Of a DNA stretch of 64,000 bases, positions 42,598 to 53,547 are shown in pieces. Source of the DNA: Guillardia theta CCMP2712 (taxonomy: Eukaryota; Protista; Cryptophyta); the NCBI RefSeq assembly GCF_000315625.1, contig NW_005434618.1:17607-81606 (forward strand). The letters run 5' to 3'. The position numbers and the translations under genes were made by a program. Under the pieces are notes generated by a model. The model did no database searches and had not been told where the DNA came from. It worked only from the letters and a program-made list of their open reading frames with translations. Position 1 is the first letter of the stretch; every line of letters begins with the position of its first letter.

Positions 42598-43075
42598 GGC
42601 CTTCACGACGGCAGGGCCGTTACATCAGTGTCTGTGGCCCGCTGAGCCTCCGGAGGGCCCTCCGTGGCAAGATGAAACTGGGAACGCCGTACACCGTAGA
42701 ATGGAACATAAAGAGACTCGCAGCATGATCTAGTACCGTCCCGCCCGGCTTGGCCGCTCCCTGCCCAGCCTTCAAGAGTCACTGAGTGAATCGGGACTGT
42801 TACCGAGGCTCCGGCATCGGACTGAGTTACAGCTCTGAGTCACTGTCCGCCTCAGCCTCGCCGGGCATGTCACAGTGCCGCAAGCCCCGGGCCCCGGGCC
42901 CCGGGCGGCCCGCGGCAGTTGTCGGAAGTGTTGACAGCGCCGTGGACATCTGGACTGAGAAATTCAAGATCTTCAGGCTAAAAAAAAGGGTCAAACGAGC
43001 GAACGTTTTTTTATTCCTCATATTCCACATTCGAGTCGAGAGCAGCTGAGCTGAGGAGGGACGAGGAGGACGAGG

Positions 43076-45052
43076 ATGAGGAGAATCCGCTTCTTCCTTC
43101 TCCTCTCCTCTGCTCTCCTCCTCCTGTCGATACCTGCTGCTGCCTCCCCGACGCACCTTGCCGATGAGCTCAGATGTCAAGTGACCGGTGATGAAGGAGG
43201 CAGCGAGGGTGGCGGTTCCTACGATGAGACGCTCTCTACCCAACTGTCTCAACACGAGGACCATGGGAAAAGGCAGGAGGAGGCAAGGCCATGGGCCGTG
43301 CCAGGAGGCAGGGAGGAGCAGGAGGAGCAGGAGGAGGGTGCGCTGTTCTTCTGGGATGTACATGACGGGCATGCGGTCCATCCTTGGAGGTTTCACTTGT
43401 CGCATCCCTGGCTGAGGGCGAACAGAGGAGCCTGTCTCATCTTCACTGTAAACCTGATCCTCGACGAGTTGATCCCTGCGGCCTACAAGAGCGATACCTG
43501 CGCAGACAACAACATGTCGGCTCCCTTCCTCTTCACGGCTGACTGCGGGAACTACTCGGGGGTCCTCGAGATGCGAGTGGAGAGCACGGGGGAGCTGCTG
43601 CTGCGCTCAGACGTCTACCAGGTCCTCGTGCTTGACGGCTCCTGTAGGCCATGCAGCCCCGTACTCCGCATCCAGCAAGGGTCTCTGGCGCCGTTTGTGT
43701 ACACGGGGACGGAGAACAGCCTGCTGTCGCTGGAGGTGTCATGGCCGTACGGAGGCAACTGCACGAGCTGGGACGAGAGGGCGAGAGGCTACGTGGTGAG
43801 GGTGTACGTTGAGGGAGAGGAGGTGGGTTCAGCGGCGCTACGGCGAGACGAGGTGTTGAAAAAGGCGTGTGTGTCAGTGACGATGCCGGGAGAGCTGGAG
43901 GGAGGTCAGGAGGTGACGGTGGAGCTGGAGGATGCGAGCTCGGCGGTGCTGGCGAGGACAGAGGAGACGGTGATCTTCCATCGGAGCGAGGTGAGGAGGG
44001 AGCAGGGAGGATGCGGGGAGAGCGAGCGTGTGCTGTCTATCTCGTTCTTTGACGGGCGTGTGGGGAACGCGTTTGTTACGCTGGCGATCGCTCATGATGT
44101 GGCGCTCAAGTACAACGCGACGTCGATCCGCCTGCCGGAGCATCGGAGGTACACTCGCGACTATGACTGCGGAGTCGTGCAAGAGAACCAGATGGTGACG
44201 ATGCTGGAGGCGCTGGGAGGATGCATACGTGTGGAGGGGCAGGGGGGTGGGAGCGGGGGAGGGGAGGGGTGGGTGAGAGACTGCACGAGCCTCGTAGACT
44301 GTCATGCTCACCGCAACGGGCTGGACCAGGCGATTGAGCTGGACCGAGGAGCGACGTTGCGGTTCTTCCGGAGGGAGGTGTCGAGGGTCCTGATCCACTT
44401 CGACACTTCAGCGAGAGGAGACGATCTTTGCGTCCACCTGAGGTCAGGCGACGTGTTTGGGCGAGCATCTTCGCCACATCTGATCGGGAAGGGGCAGTGG
44501 CAGCCGCCGCTGGCGTTCTACGTCGCAGCCATCGCGGTGCACCGGAAGCTGTATCCTCAGTCCCGGGTCGTGCTGGTGTCGCAGCCGTCGTCAGAGCTTC
44601 TCAACCCGAGCATCAAGGTGATCCAGGAGCTGTTTGCGAGGGTAGAGCTTCAGACGAGGTCGGCCATGCAGGACCTGTACGAGCTGGTGCAGGCGAGGCA
44701 CCTGGTGCTGTCTCGCTCGACGTTCTCATGGACTGCAACCTTCTTCTCTGAGTCCCTCCGGAGCCTGGTGTCTCCCCAGCTGGTGCTGGCCCGGTGGGCT
44801 GAGGCCCCTTATGACCTGGTGGAGTACAGCTTCCCGGGGTACCAGGCCTTGCTGGAGAAGTACGCGGGGTCTGGGAACTGGAGGAGGACGCCGGAGGTGC
44901 CCGTGCACGGGCTAGAGCCGAACATGAAGGAGCAGATGATGGTGTATGCTCCTCAGAGGCTGCGGTGCGAGGAGGTAGTGCGGGTGGAGGGAGCGACTCG
45001 ATGCCTGGAGGAGGGGGAGGCAGAGGAGATCGTGGAGGCACTAGGGATGTGA
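43076..45052 (+). CDS. GT11-like (alpha-1,2-fucosyltransferase-like) glycosyltransferase, copy 1, with signal peptide
   Basis: Motifs GRVGNAF, CVHLRSGD, FY..AI and DLYELVQARHLVLSRSTFSW parallel the GT11 motifs GxLGNQ, HxRRGD and D...SxSTFSWW. Intronless, 658 aa. Confidence 0.72.
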   Translation: MRRIRFFLLLSSALLLLSIPAAASPTHLADELRCQVTGDEGGSEGGGSYDETLSTQLSQHEDHGKRQEEARPWAVPGGREEQEEQEEGALFFWDVHDGHAVHPWRFHLSHPWLRANRGACLIFTVNLILDELIPAAYKSDTCADNNMSAPFLFTADCGNYSGVLEMRVESTGELLLRSDVYQVLVLDGSCRPCSPVLRIQQGSLAPFVYTGTENSLLSLEVSWPYGGNCTSWDERARGYVVRVYVEGEEVGSAALRRDEVLKKACVSVTMPGELEGGQEVTVELEDASSAVLARTEETVIFHRSEVRREQGGCGESERVLSISFFDGRVGNAFVTLAIAHDVALKYNATSIRLPEHRRYTRDYDCGVVQENQMVTMLEALGGCIRVEGQGGGSGGGEGWVRDCTSLVDCHAHRNGLDQAIELDRGATLRFFRREVSRVLIHFDTSARGDDLCVHLRSGDVFGRASSPHLIGKGQWQPPLAFYVAAIAVHRKLYPQSRVVLVSQPSSELLNPSIKVIQELFARVELQTRSAMQDLYELVQARHLVLSRSTFSWTATFFSESLRSLVSPQLVLARWAEAPYDLVEYSFPGYQALLEKYAGSGNWRRTPEVPVHGLEPNMKEQMMVYAPQRLRCEEVVRVEGATRCLEEGEAEEIVEALGM

Positions 45053-45240
45053 GAGGGAGTCTGAAAGGGTCCAAGACAAAGCTCTTCGAAGCATGTTCGA
45101 GAGATCTTCAATCTCTCCAGGATGAACGCTGGTTCAAGACTGAGAGGAGATAGTGTCTCAGTAAGCATCCGGGTATCTTGATAGATTTCATAACAACATA
45201 CATTCGATTTGACCAATCAACAAACATGTCGTCCTCCCTC

Positions 45241-47160
45241 TCACATCCCTAGTGCCTCCACGATCTCCTCTGCCTCCCCCTCCTCCAGGCATCGAGTCGC
45301 TCCCTCCACCCGCACTACCTCCTCGCACTGCAGCCTCTGAGGAGCATACACCATCATCTGCTCCTTCACGTTCGGCTCTAGCCCGTGCACGGGCACCTCC
45401 GGCGTCCTCCTCCAGTTCCCAGACCCCGCGTACTTCTCCAGCAAGGCCTGGTACCCCGGGAAGCTGTACTCCACCAGGTCATAAGGGGCCTCAGCCCACC
45501 GGGCCAGCACCAGCTGGGGAGACACCAGGCTCCGGAGGGACTCAGAGAAGAAGGTTGCAGTCCATGAGAACGTCGAGCGAGACAGCACCAGGTGCCTCGC
45601 CTGCACCAGCTCGTACAGGTCCTGCATGGCCGACCTCGTCTGAAGCTCTACCCTCGCAAACAGCTCCTGGATCACCCTGATGCTCGGGTTGAGAAGCTCT
45701 GACGACGGCTGCGACACCAGCACGACCCGGGACTGAGGATACAGCTTCCGGTGCACCGCGATGGCTGCGACGTAGAACGCCAGCGGCGGCTGCCACTGCC
45801 CCTTCCCGATGTGATGAGACATTGATACTCGCTCGAGCACGTCGCCTGACCTCAGGTGGACGCAAAGATCGTCTCCTCTCGCTGAAGTGTCGAAGTGGAT
45901 CAGGACCCTCGACACCTCCCTCCGGAAGAACCGCAACGTCGCTCCTCGGTCCAGCTCAATCGCCTGGTCCAGCCCGTTGCGGTGAGCATGACAGTCTACG
46001 AGGCTCGTGCAGTCTCTCACCCACCCCTCCCCTCCCCCGCTCCCACCCCCCTGCCCCTCCACACGTATGCATCCTCCCAGCGCCTCCAGCATCGTCACCA
46101 TCTGGTTCTCTCGCAGAAGTCTACAGTCATAGTCGCGAGTGTACCTCCGATGCTCCGGCAGGCGGATCGACGTCGCGTTGTACTTGAGCGCCACATCATG
46201 AGCGATCGCCAGCGTAACAAACGCGTTCCCCACACGCCCGTCAAAGAACGAGATAGACAGCACACGCTCGCTCTCCCCGCATCCTCCCTGCTCCCTCCTC
46301 ACCTCGCTCCGATGGAAGATCACCGTCTCCTCTGTCCTCGCCAGCACCGCCGAGCTCGCATCCTCCAGCTCCACCGTCACCTCCTGACCTCCCTCCAGCT
46401 CTCCCGGCATCGTCACTGACACACACGCCTTTTTCAACACCTCGTCTCGCCGTAGCGCCGCTGAACCCACCTCCTCTCCCTCAACGTACACCCTCACCAC
46501 GTAGCCTCTCGCCCTCTCGTCCCAGCTCGTGCAGTTGCCTCCGTACGGCCATGACACCTCCAGCGACAGCAGGCTGTCCTCCGTCCCCGTGTACACAAAC
46601 GGCGCCAGAGACCCTTGCTGGATGCGGAGTACGGGGCTGCATGGCCTACAGGAGCCGTCAAGCACGAGGACCTGGTAGACGTCTGAGCGCAGCAGCAGCT
46701 CCCCCGTGCTCTCCACTCGCATCTCGAGGACCCCCGAGTAGTTCCCGCAGCCAACCTCGAGTAGGAAGGGAGCCGACATGTTGTTGTCTGCGCAGGTGTT
46801 GGACCTGTAGACCGCAGACATGGCGTCGTCAAGGATCAGGTTTACAGTGAAGATAAGACAGGCTCCTCTGTTCGCCCTCAGCCAGGCATGCGACAAGTGA
46901 AACCTCCAAGGATGGACCGCATGCCCGTCATGCACATCCCAGAAGAACAGCGCACCCTCCTCCTGCTCCTCCTGCTCCTCCTGCTCCTCCCTGCCTCCTG
47001 GCACGGCCCATGGCCTTGCCTCCTCCTTACCTGTCACCTCACATCTGAGCTCATCGGCAAGGTGCGACGGAGAGGCAGCAGCAGGTATCGACAGGAGGAG
47101 GAGAGCAGAGCAGGTGAAGCAGAAGAACCTCCTAGATGCTCTTCTTCTCATCCTCTTCAT
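45241..47160 (-). CDS. GT11-like glycosyltransferase, copy 2 (inverted, near-identical paralogue)
   Basis: Translation is nearly identical to 43076-45052; tail-to-tail arrangement. Confidence 0.72.
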   Translation of the reverse strand: MKRMRRRASRRFFCFTCSALLLLSIPAAASPSHLADELRCEVTGKEEARPWAVPGGREEQEEQEEQEEGALFFWDVHDGHAVHPWRFHLSHAWLRANRGACLIFTVNLILDDAMSAVYRSNTCADNNMSAPFLLEVGCGNYSGVLEMRVESTGELLLRSDVYQVLVLDGSCRPCSPVLRIQQGSLAPFVYTGTEDSLLSLEVSWPYGGNCTSWDERARGYVVRVYVEGEEVGSAALRRDEVLKKACVSVTMPGELEGGQEVTVELEDASSAVLARTEETVIFHRSEVRREQGGCGESERVLSISFFDGRVGNAFVTLAIAHDVALKYNATSIRLPEHRRYTRDYDCRLLRENQMVTMLEALGGCIRVEGQGGGSGGGEGWVRDCTSLVDCHAHRNGLDQAIELDRGATLRFFRREVSRVLIHFDTSARGDDLCVHLRSGDVLERVSMSHHIGKGQWQPPLAFYVAAIAVHRKLYPQSRVVLVSQPSSELLNPSIRVIQELFARVELQTRSAMQDLYELVQARHLVLSRSTFSWTATFFSESLRSLVSPQLVLARWAEAPYDLVEYSFPGYQALLEKYAGSGNWRRTPEVPVHGLEPNVKEQMMVYAPQRLQCEEVVRVEGATRCLEEGEAEEIVEALGM

Positions 47161-47277
47161 CTTCGCACTTTCATCATGGTGCTTGTAGGATCTTATCCTC
47201 GTACTGATTTTTAACTTAACCTGCCATGAGCTGGTCACTTTTTTGTTAACTTCAAATCAGTTTTTATGGCTCGGCAC

Positions 47278-48490
47278 AATCGTCGGCGGTAAGAGGCGAT
47301 GGTGCAGCATTCCAAAGGGCTCCTCACGGGAAGGGATCAACAGAATGCTGGAAGATTGGCAGGACTACAAGAAGGGTTTTGTGGTCCTGGACGGGTACTT
47401 GAGGCATGAGTCACATCACCGTGACTTCTTGGACGCATGTAGGAAATGGCTGCTAGCTGATCGAGAGAATCGACGGGTTGTAGTAGCGACATCGATGTCT
47501 CCTCGAGGAAAGATAAACGATGAAGCTGACAATCGGGTGAATCTCCAACAACACACCGTTGTATCTTGGACGGAGAGTGAGTACCTGGAAGCAGTGGAAT
47601 GGGACGTTTTCTATCAGCGTGTAGCATGCATGCTGGAGGAGGATGAAAGTGCGGGGAGCATTGGCTTGAAGACATGGAAGAGGAACAGGTCTAGACGAGA
47701 GAAGATCAAGCTGAAATACTACCTGGCTGGCGGCTCATGTCGGTACATGTTCGAGACGCCCGCATCATTGGTGAAACCGAGGCTGGATACGGCTTTGAGG
47801 TTGTGTTCAAACCTAGAAATCATCTTCAGTGGCAACATGGGCGACTCATCACCGCAGACTGTAAACCACTTGATTGCGTGCTTCGAGTACAACGGGGAAT
47901 CGAACTGGATGCCTGTCAGCAAGTATGTCGCGACGAAGCTTGCAGAAGCGGTAGAACTAGACACGTTGACGAGGCTGTTCTCAAAGTACGGGGTACGCAA
48001 TCCGACTACAAGGGGCTTGCTTTTCGAGCTTTTCTTTTTCAAGAAGGTGCAGTACGGGCTGAGCCTTAGGTATCGGGGATCACAAGAGCTCACGCAATGG
48101 GAGGGATGTCCAGTCATAACCTTTGATGCAAAGGGAGGCATGCGAACGCTTCCTGCAGAGAGAGCTTGCTTGAAGCCCGTCAACCCCCTTCAAGGAGGCT
48201 ACGACGCTATCATAGTAGAGCCTCGTCGGAAGCAAGTAGAGTTTGTGCAGGTGACAGAGGCAGACGTCCACTCTTTCAAGCTGGCTTTCTTCGCAAAGGC
48301 TCTCACGGGGCTAGGCATCCCAGCAGCTGGATGGGAGGTGAGGGTGGTGTTCATGGTGCTGCCAGAAAGGCTCGAGGACTTTCGGATAGGCAAAATCACG
48401 GGCTGCGGTGCGCTGGAGGAGTACGGATGGAAGCGAGGGCACGAAGGGAGGAAGGCAGAGATAGCGAGTATTGATATCGGAGGCGTGTAG
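47278..48490 (+). pseudogene. C-terminal half of a Crinkler-like NTPase plus PD-(D/E)XK nuclease gene (5'-truncated at this position)
   Basis: Walker B-like FVVLDG, then YYLAGGSCRYMF, GLLFELFF and LKPVNPLQGGYDAII..VEFVQVTEADVHSFKL (REase fold). No Walker A or clear ATG upstream. Confidence 0.78.
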
Positions 48491-48983
48491 CAGGCGAGGC
48501 AAAGATCCGACAAGAAGCGGCGGCTGGTCGCAAAGGGGCTGGGAAGATGATCAGCCTGATATCTGCAAGATGAGATCGACAGGCAGATGTAGTGTGTAGA
48601 GGTTGAAAGACAACTTACTTGATCACTTTCATGTTGTACTTGATCAAAAGTGTCACCATGGAGGTGCAATACAAGCACTTGTGCTTTTGCTGATGGTTCC
48701 TCTTACTTGATTTCGAAGTCTTTCCATCTCCATGTGCAACTGGAAGTCATCATGATGCAATTTCACCTGATCTCCTTGTACAAACAAGGAGAAGTAATGA
48801 AGAGAACATGTTTTTCTTGAAGCTTTCTGCTGTGTGCAAAAAGGTTGCCTAGAACTATTTACCTGTCTCATTCCTCAGAAAAGGGGATTGTGTGTGTGAG
48901 GGCTCAGTTTCAAATACTTGGCAGCAACCTGAAGCAACCTGTTACTCGGTTGCTTGCCCATAATTTTGAAGGAGATGTAGCAG

Positions 48984-49386
48984 CTTCAAAACCAGTCCAT
49001 CATCTTCAAAACCAGTCCATCATCTTCAAAACCAGTCCATCATCTTCAAAACCAGTCCATCATCTTCAAAACCAGTCCATCATCTTCAACACCAGTCCAT
49101 CATCTTCAACACCAGTCCATCATCTTCAAAACCAGTCCATCATCTTCAACACCAGTCCATCATCTTCAACACCAGTCCATCATCTTCAAAACCAGTCCAT
49201 CATCTTCAAAACCAGTCCATCATCTTCAAAACCAGTCCATCATCTTCAACACCAGTCCATCATCTTCAACACCAGTCCATCATCTTCAAAACCAGTCCAT
49301 CATCTTCAAAACCAGTCCATCATCTTCAAAACCAGTCCATCATCTTCAAAACCAGTCCATCATCTTCACAACTAGTCCATCATCTT
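48984..49386. repeat. Minisatellite, 20-bp unit CTTCAA(A/C)ACCAGTCCATCAT, 20 copies
   Basis: Head-to-tail array with no spacers and essentially one variable position. Confidence 0.97.
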
Positions 49387-50281
49387 GAAAACCGCTGCAT
49401 CGGATTTGCTGCATTCTCATGGTGTCTGGTGCATCCTGGCACAGTGTTCCTTGAGATGGCGTGAGCAACTACAGGAGGGGAAGATTGACGACCACAACGT
49501 TGCATGTCATCATCGAACACTGCAACAATCTGTCTTCATCTGCCCCTCAAGATCAGATGCGGGGCTAAACAGTGCACAGTGAGATCATGTAGCTTACAGG
49601 TTACATGGGTCTCCTCCTTGCATCATATCAGAACTGAGAGCGACTTATGAATGTTGGCTGCACCCCGTCGCCATCACAACCCACCATGTCTGAAGTCCAG
49701 CAACAAGCGGCTCATGCACATGCCATGATCTTGTCAGCGATGAAAGTCATCAACGATGACGCATGAGGGACGTGAACAGTAAAAGTATCAAGCTCATCAG
49801 CTTGCAAGGTGGCCTAGCTCGACTGGTAAGGATCTGTAAGCTGTCTTGTTACACGTTCTGATCATGCGGACATTCGTCTCTCATCTCCTTGTAACATACA
49901 TGTTGCTACCCAGCTCCAAGTCCACAACCTCCATCGACCCTCGCGGCGCGCCATTCCCTTGGGTGTTCTCAGTACCCCCTCTGACGACCCCCTAGCGAGT
50001 ACCGTATATCCCTTTGTGCTGGGCGCGGCAGAGCAGGTCGGCAAGGCGGACAAGGACCCGCTTGCTGAGGTCAAGATGCGCAGCCCGCAGAGAGAAGCAC
50101 GGGGGAGAGGGGCGAGGGCTATGGGCAGGGCTGGTGGCTTGACATGCTTGAGCTCCATCATCATCTCGAGCGCGGTGGTGAGGAGCGACCTGAGGGTTGG
50201 AGGGAAGGTTTTTCTGAGATGTGCTTGTAACAGGGAGCGTCATGTCCATGTCCTGGGCGTTGTGTTGACTACAATCTGAGG

Positions 50282-51211
50282 ATGGCTTGGGGCGGATGCC
50301 ACTTGCGCATACGAGGAGGGGATGCTAGGGAGGCGAGCAAGAGGCAGCGGGTGTGCTACTCTGGAATGAATGTGAGTAACCAGTCTGCCGAGACTAAAGT
50401 AGGAGGAGAGGTCAAGCCTGTAGGAAGAGCTATCAAGGAGGTAGAAGAAAAGATGAGGGTTGTGGAACGAAACATCCAGGCTGTACTGCTTCAGATCAAA
50501 CATGAACAGGATCCCACGATGAAGGCCGCCCTTTACAAGAGACTCGAGCAGCTTGGAGAACGTCAGAAGCAGCTTGGAGAACGTCAGAAGCAGCTTGGAG
50601 AAGAAAAACTTATCCTTTTGAGACAGAGCACCGGATCCCATGTGCCACCGATTGCTTGGAACGAGTCAGATGCAAGACTGGATTGGATGGGCTTTTGCAA
50701 CGACAACAAGTACTTTCGTCTCGATGCATCCTACCTACAAAGAGACGGAGAGCTCCTTCTCTACTGCCGGGAAGCTTTCACGCACCTGCATTGTTTCTTG
50801 AGGGAGAGGGTGGTAGAGAAGCAGGCTTTGGGCTGGATCCAAGGCCCGCCGGGAACGGGGAAGACGATGACGACGCTAGCCTTCTGCTTGTCTCTTGACA
50901 TGAGGGAATGGAGCGTAACGCTCATCAGGCTGCAAGCATCCGACGACGCTGATTGCATCCAAATCGTCGGCGGTAAGAGGAGATGGTGCAGCATTCCAAA
51001 GGGCTCCTCACGGGAAGGGATCAACAGAATGCTGGAAGATTGGCAGGACTACAAGAAGGGTTTTGTGGTCCTGGACGGGTACTTGAGGCATGAGTCACAT
51101 CACCGTGACTTCTTGGACGCATGTAGGAAATGGCTGCTAGCTGATCGAGAGAATCGACGGGTTGTAGGGAGGGGAAGGGGTGGGAGCAGCCACTGGGGAA
51201 GGAATGGCTGA
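50282..51211 (+). pseudogene. N-terminal half of a Crinkler-like NTPase gene (coiled-coil header plus Walker A), 3'-truncated at 51167
   Basis: Header ...EQLGERQKQLGERQKQLGEEKLILL, then LLLYCRE, WIQGPPGTGKT and FVVLDG. Runs into GA-rich low-complexity DNA after ENRRVV. Confidence 0.78.
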
Positions 51212-51601
51212 AGGGAGAGAGCAAGGGAGGGAGAGAGAGGATTGAATGTTTGTGGGTGAAGGAGAGGACAAGAAGGAAGGGAGGAAGTAGGTAATGAGTG
51301 AGGGATTGAGTGAGGGATTGAGTGAGTGAGTGAGGGAGGGAGGGAGGGAGGGAGGGAGGGAGGGAGGTTGCGGTGTTCGAAGAAGGGAGGGTGGAAGGGC
51401 ATGGTGCAGATGGATGGCGAGTTATATGACTGGGTCACGTAGCTAAGATCACTTTGTTTCTATCTACTCACACTCATTGTGTCTGAACTCTTGTTTTTGC
51501 TCAGTGAACGAGGATGGAGGTTGAGAGTGCAATCTCGAAATTTGCAGAGACGCTGCGATGAGAGGTGGAAAGGAACTTCAAGAAGGGATAAACTAACCAA
51601 G

Positions 51602-53395
51602 ATGCATCGAACAACGAGCGGAGGTAGGAGCTGCAGAAGTCTTTCTAAGGCGGTTCTAGTGCTGGGCGTTGCATGCTCCTTCCTAGGGACTGCATACTTC
51701 ATGTACGTCAGTCCCTCCGGCAAGGATGCAGCTCCTGTGCGCTGGGGGATCTTTGCTAGTGCCGAAAGCACGTCCACAAACAGACAGGCGAGCGGGGAAG
51801 CGAACAAGGTTCAAGGGGCCGATCATGGCGAACTGGGAGGAAGGGATGCAGGGATCTCGCAGCAGAGTCGAACCCTGATGGGACGGAACGTCGATGAGGC
51901 CCGAGCGAGGCATGAAGAGCAAGGAGCGTCTCATCATGATCGGTGGACGGCTGACCATCTCAAGAACCAGCGCCCGACGTCTCCATCTTCCCATGACGCC
52001 GGGCGTCCATCCCAGCAACCTGAGGATGCAGCAGGAGGGTCGAGGGAGCATGTTGCACCCGTCGAACCTGCTCGTCACCGTGATGAAGAGCTAGCTGCGA
52101 CAAGGCACGGACAACATCCCCAACATCCCCAGGAGCCTCCTACTGCTGGAGAAGGAGAGGAGGGGAAGTGTGCTAGTCGGGGAGAAGAGAAGCGCTTTTT
52201 GCAGGAGGGAGAGGTGAACGAGCTGGGGGGAAAGGTCGCGCTAGCGAGCTTCCCCCGCTCGGGGAACTCGATGACAAGGGGCCTGCTGGAGGAGTTCTCC
52301 GGGATCAGGTCAGGGAGTGACTTCGTGGACATGTCACTGGCCATGGCTTACAACGTGATGGGGGAGGGAAGGGTAGACGACAGCGTTTGGTTCATCAAGA
52401 CGCACTGGCCCAACAAGCCAGGCCCTCCGATCCACATCAGCCGCGCAGTCGTCATCGTCCGCAACCCGCTGGACGTCTTGGTCTCCTGGTTCAACATGAT
52501 GGCTACCAACGTCCACAACTACACCCTGCCCGACGAGACTTTCCAGACCTTCAGCGACCTCTGGGAGAATTTCGTGGAGCACGAGGTTGAGATGTGGTCA
52601 GGCTTTCACGACTACTGGATGGCAGTCGACCTGCCAGTCCTCATCGTGCGGTACGAGGACCTCGCTGGGCCTGCCTCCATGGATGTAGTGGAGCAGATCT
52701 TCTCCTTCACTGGGAGGAAGGGCTGCGAGGTGTACAAGAAGCGGGGAGAGTGCGCGATTAAGGAGAGAGCTTCAGTCTACACCCCAAGGAAGAAGCGGAG
52801 CTCCATCGAGTACTTCCCTCCTGCACTGCTAGAGCTGGTCAAGGTCAAGGCTAGAAGGTGGATCTGCTTGTACGGCTATGGCGAGAAGATTCTTGGCGAC
52901 AAGTGGCAGGAGGAATGCGCGTCCATCTCTTCCACCTCCAAGGCCTTCTTTGCAGAGGCAGGCGAAGGTCGAGCGTGCGACAAGGAAATGGCGTGGGACT
53001 CATCGAGGATCAACTCCTCCGGCATGATGCTCAACGAGCCTGACTCCAACATCCTCCGCAAGTACATGGCAAGGGGAGCCGGAGCTGGCCAGAATGGAGT
53101 GAAGATGCCCGAGGCATCCGCTCCGTTTCTGCATCAAGCCATGATAAGGAGGGGATATCGTCTTCCTCCCCCAGCTTTCATGCATGAAGATCCAGATCGG
53201 TTCAGACCCATGCCTGACATGCCCACACATCAGCCCCCGGGAGCGGGAGCTGGAGCTGGGCACAACATGCAGCACGTGCGTCATGGGGTTCATCACATGC
53301 CGGAGGTTCGTCACGATCGCCCTCCCAGCCGCTGGACTAGACAACATTATGACGAGCACAGACCAGCTGCCAGATACAGAGAACCTCTGCACTGA
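51602..53395 (+). CDS. Sulfotransferase-domain type II membrane protein
   Basis: N-terminal TM AVLVLGVACSFLGTAYFMYV. PAPS loop LASFPRSGNS, then IKTHWP, VIVRNPLDVLVSWF and VRYEDL. Confidence 0.88.
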   Translation: MHRTTSGGRSCRSLSKAVLVLGVACSFLGTAYFMYVSPSGKDAAPVRWGIFASAESTSTNRQASGEANKVQGADHGELGGRDAGISQQSRTLMGRNVDEARARHEEQGASHHDRWTADHLKNQRPTSPSSHDAGRPSQQPEDAAGGSREHVAPVEPARHRDEELAATRHGQHPQHPQEPPTAGEGEEGKCASRGEEKRFLQEGEVNELGGKVALASFPRSGNSMTRGLLEEFSGIRSGSDFVDMSLAMAYNVMGEGRVDDSVWFIKTHWPNKPGPPIHISRAVVIVRNPLDVLVSWFNMMATNVHNYTLPDETFQTFSDLWENFVEHEVEMWSGFHDYWMAVDLPVLIVRYEDLAGPASMDVVEQIFSFTGRKGCEVYKKRGECAIKERASVYTPRKKRSSIEYFPPALLELVKVKARRWICLYGYGEKILGDKWQEECASISSTSKAFFAEAGEGRACDKEMAWDSSRINSSGMMLNEPDSNILRKYMARGAGAGQNGVKMPEASAPFLHQAMIRRGYRLPPPAFMHEDPDRFRPMPDMPTHQPPGAGAGAGHNMQHVRHGVHHMPEVRHDRPPSRWTRQHYDEHRPAARYREPLH

Positions 53396-53547
53396 GAGTG
53401 ACAACCACAACTGATCTCTATGTATGTGAAAGAAAATAGCAATGTTTATGCATTTGATGAGAGACAACTTGAGAACCATGTGAGATTCAAGTACATCATT
53501 CATTGCATGTTTGTGGATTTTATATTTTTTCAAACTATATTTCTAAA

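Larger units (their letters stand above)
47278..51167 (+). mobile_element. 3,684-bp unit bounded by 206-bp direct repeats, carrying a permuted Crinkler-like gene (candidate mobile or amplified unit)
   Basis: 47278-47483 equals 50962-51167 with one mismatch seen (47297 C vs 50981 A). Mobility is inferred. Confidence 0.55.

Noticed and set aside
48984-49386. CRISPR array, or the 176-aa repeat ORF 48845-49375
   Set aside because: The repeats are contiguous with no unique spacers, there are no cas genes and the context is eukaryotic. The ORF is just the stop-free translation of a 20-bp unit.
47278-51167. LTR retrotransposon suggested by terminal direct repeats
   Set aside because: The repeats are internal coding sequence of the NTPase, lack TG...CA ends, and there is no gag, RT or integrase.
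51290-51365. Telomere-like repeats (TGAGTGAGGGAT, GGGA runs)
   Set aside because: Short, irregular and typical of the low-complexity filler seen throughout this window.
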